In this document: piece after piece, positions 62,465 to 64,000 of the stretch
Position numbering within the stretch: the stretch's first letter is position 1
Layout of the letters: every line of letters begins with the position of its first letter
Virus record (IMG/VR): IMGVR_UViG_3300005337_000001
Location: 32,001 to 96,000 of that record
Direction: 5' to 3' (one strand)
Source: a virus
DNA length: 64,000 bases
Made by a program: the position numbers and the translations under genes
The notes under the pieces: model-generated
What the model saw: the letters and a program-made list of their open reading frames with translations, nothing else
The model's database searches: none
What the model was told of the DNA's origin: nothing

Positions 62465-62918
62465 CGTTTGCCTTTCGATAGCTGTGCGGCTTGGTGATGC
62501 GATAGATGGCCGCACCCTGTGGACTCGCACCAAAGTGAAACTTGGTTCCGTCTGGCAGCTCGAGCTCGTCCAAGAAGTAGCGCGTCATGCCCCGATACTC
62601 CTTGCCCTTCACCTTCAGGCCGAGCGCCGTCAGCATAGGAACGATGACGTCGGCACAGCACACACGCTCCTCAGGGATGCCAAGACCGTTCAACGCAGCG
62701 AATGCCTCCTGCACCGTCACATCGTAGATGTCGAGCTCGCCGAGCGCTGCTGCACTGATCTGCGGTGTAAGAAAACCTGTGGCTACGCCACCACACGAGA
62801 AGCACGTGTACTTGTTGGGCCAGTACTCGCTGCGCTGACCAACGAGCTGGTCCACTTCGGACATCTCGCCGACTACGTTCAGCGCCTTCTTGCAGTCAGT
62901 GCAGACAATCGAGATCAT
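62454..62918 (-). CDS. Zn-ribbon hypothetical protein
   Basis: CTDC...CFSC. Confidence 0.7.
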   Translation of the reverse strand: MISIVCTDCKKALNVVGEMSEVDQLVGQRSEYWPNKYTCFSCGGVATGFLTPQISAAALGELDIYDVTVQEAFAALNGLGIPEERVCCADVIVPMLTALGLKVKGKEYRGMTRYFLDELELPDGTKFHFGASPQGAAIYRITKPHSYRKANDVE

Positions 62919-63607
62919 ATTTGACCGGCGTCTTCTTCACCTTCGGTGTTGCCACCCACGAGGCTGCGTGGGTCCACCAGGCCCGCGCCTTTGATGACAG
63001 GGTTGCCGAAACTGTCGGCCTCGACATGCGGAGCCGTCTTGAGCGGTGAGCGCGCCATGATGTTCGGCACAGGCATGGCCGGCCCCGAGTTGGTGATGCG
63101 AGACACCACCTGGCGAAGCTCTGCCGGACTCGCGGTGGTAGTGTCGCCGATGGCGCTAGCCAACTTGCTTTCGGCTTGAGCCAGCTGTTGTTCGATAGCA
63201 TGCAGCTGAGCTTGATCTTCTCCGGTGTAGTCCCCTCCGAATGGCACGACGTCATCGCCGCCACCACCATCAGAGAAGTCCACCGGCGAGAACGATCGCT
63301 TCTGCAATCCTTCTGACTGAGCGCGCTCCATCTGGCTGAACGCCCCGTCCTCTGGCTCCGACTGCGCCTGAATTGAGGGTGGGGGAGAGGGTGCCCCATC
63401 CACCGAAGCCTGCACGCGCGCGGTCGCTGCCTGAGCTGCAGGGCTGCCACTGTTCATGAAGACGGCGGTCAGCTCAGCGATGACGTCGTCAGCCACAGTG
63501 GCGCGTACCTCCTTGCCCGTAGGTAGCAAAAGCGTGAGGTAGCTGTACGTCTCACCCGTTTGGAACGAGAGAGCTTGGGCAATGCCCACGATTTGAACGA
63601 GCATCAA
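62915..63607 (-). CDS. hypothetical protein
   Basis: tiled; low-complexity middle. Confidence 0.7.
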   Translation of the reverse strand: MMLVQIVGIAQALSFQTGETYSYLTLLLPTGKEVRATVADDVIAELTAVFMNSGSPAAQAATARVQASVDGAPSPPPSIQAQSEPEDGAFSQMERAQSEGLQKRSFSPVDFSDGGGGDDVVPFGGDYTGEDQAQLHAIEQQLAQAESKLASAIGDTTTASPAELRQVVSRITNSGPAMPVPNIMARSPLKTAPHVEADSFGNPVIKGAGLVDPRSLVGGNTEGEEDAGQI

Positions 63608-63906
63608 CCAACTCCCGGCGGCGTCTTCTGCCGTACTGCTTCAGCCTCAGCTTTGCGCTGAACGCTAACGAGCTTCGAACCGACGTCAGCCAGCACCACC
63701 AGGTGGCGGCCTTGCCGATCCATGTTCACGAGCACGTGGCAGTGAGCCCACTGCTCGCCGATGTATGCCTTGCCTTCCGGCTTCTGCGGTAGATACGCCA
63801 TGCAGTCTGGCCCGCAGATGCGCGCCTGGTCGCGGTAGCAGCTAGCGCCTTTTATAGGTCCGTCGCTACCTTCCAGAGCTACTTCTTCAGCTTGCTGCAC
63901 CATCAC
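63604..63906 (-). CDS. Cys-cluster hypothetical protein
   Basis: CYRD..R.CGPDC.AY....C. Confidence 0.7.
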   Translation of the reverse strand: MMVQQAEEVALEGSDGPIKGASCYRDQARICGPDCMAYLPQKPEGKAYIGEQWAHCHVLVNMDRQGRHLVVLADVGSKLVSVQRKAEAEAVRQKTPPGVG

Positions 63907-64000
63907 TCTTCTCCTTGGTTTGTAAAGCCTTGCCCTCGCTCTGCTTCGTGCGCTCGAGAATCACGGCCGTGAGGATGGAATGGCCGATGACTGCGAGGTA

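Noticed and set aside
103-63450. Numerous long antisense or alternative-frame ORFs in the track (e.g. 47251..48264+, 52077..53123+, 52939..53796+, 39314..39907+)
   Set aside because: Shadow ORFs expected opposite real genes in high-GC DNA; no SD, coupling or family motifs
1-64000. CRISPR array, tRNA, rRNA, tmRNA, reverse transcriptase/DGR, integrase or transposase
   Set aside because: No repeat-spacer periodicity, cloverleaf/T-loop context, YxDD RT or recombinase motifs seen by eye; tRNAscan or Infernal could still find a divergent RNA
1-64000. Stop-codon reassignment
   Set aside because: TAA, TAG and TGA all end tightly tiled genes, and long genes are uninterrupted

Overview
This is a 64 kb segment of a high-GC (about 60-65% by eye), large myovirus-like (jumbo) phage genome. 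It is densely coding, uses the standard genetic code and lies mostly on the minus strand. Layout: (1) 1-28.9 kb is an array of about 70 small accessory genes (MazG-like, PQ-loop-like, Lar, P-loop kinase, nucleotidyltransferase, RadC/JAB, YkgJ, DUF1653, many Zn-finger proteins) interrupted by two structural-looking genes. (2) 29.0-30.6 kb is a plus-strand lipoprotein/collagen island. (3) 30.7-38.0 kb holds structural genes, RNase HII, ThyX and a DUF932-like gene. (4) 38.0-45.2 kb holds a sigma factor and a cluster of putative head-processed proteins sharing a K-x-A motif, including a zincin and an InPase domain. (5) 45.2-54.2 kb encodes baseplate hub-like, tube-initiator-like and tape-measure-like proteins. 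(6) 54.2-57.5 kb is a mostly plus-strand block with structured non-coding RNA elements and a GNAT gene. (7) 57.5-64 kb holds core-like hypotheticals, an RHH protein and GroES. The host may be a myxobacterium (inference). Most notable observations: an A-x-x-M-E-x-A-[LF] helix shared by ten neighbouring, mostly unrelated small proteins; a bipartite promoter (CAAA-N18-ATAAGA-N5-GAAGG) found seven times, possibly read by the phage sigma; a promoter-driven structured RNA displaying anti-Shine-Dalgarno-like tracts; and a promoter-dependent RBS-occlusion switch. Five single-base frameshifts look like homopolymer assembly errors. All family calls come from motif recognition by eye; no database searches were run.
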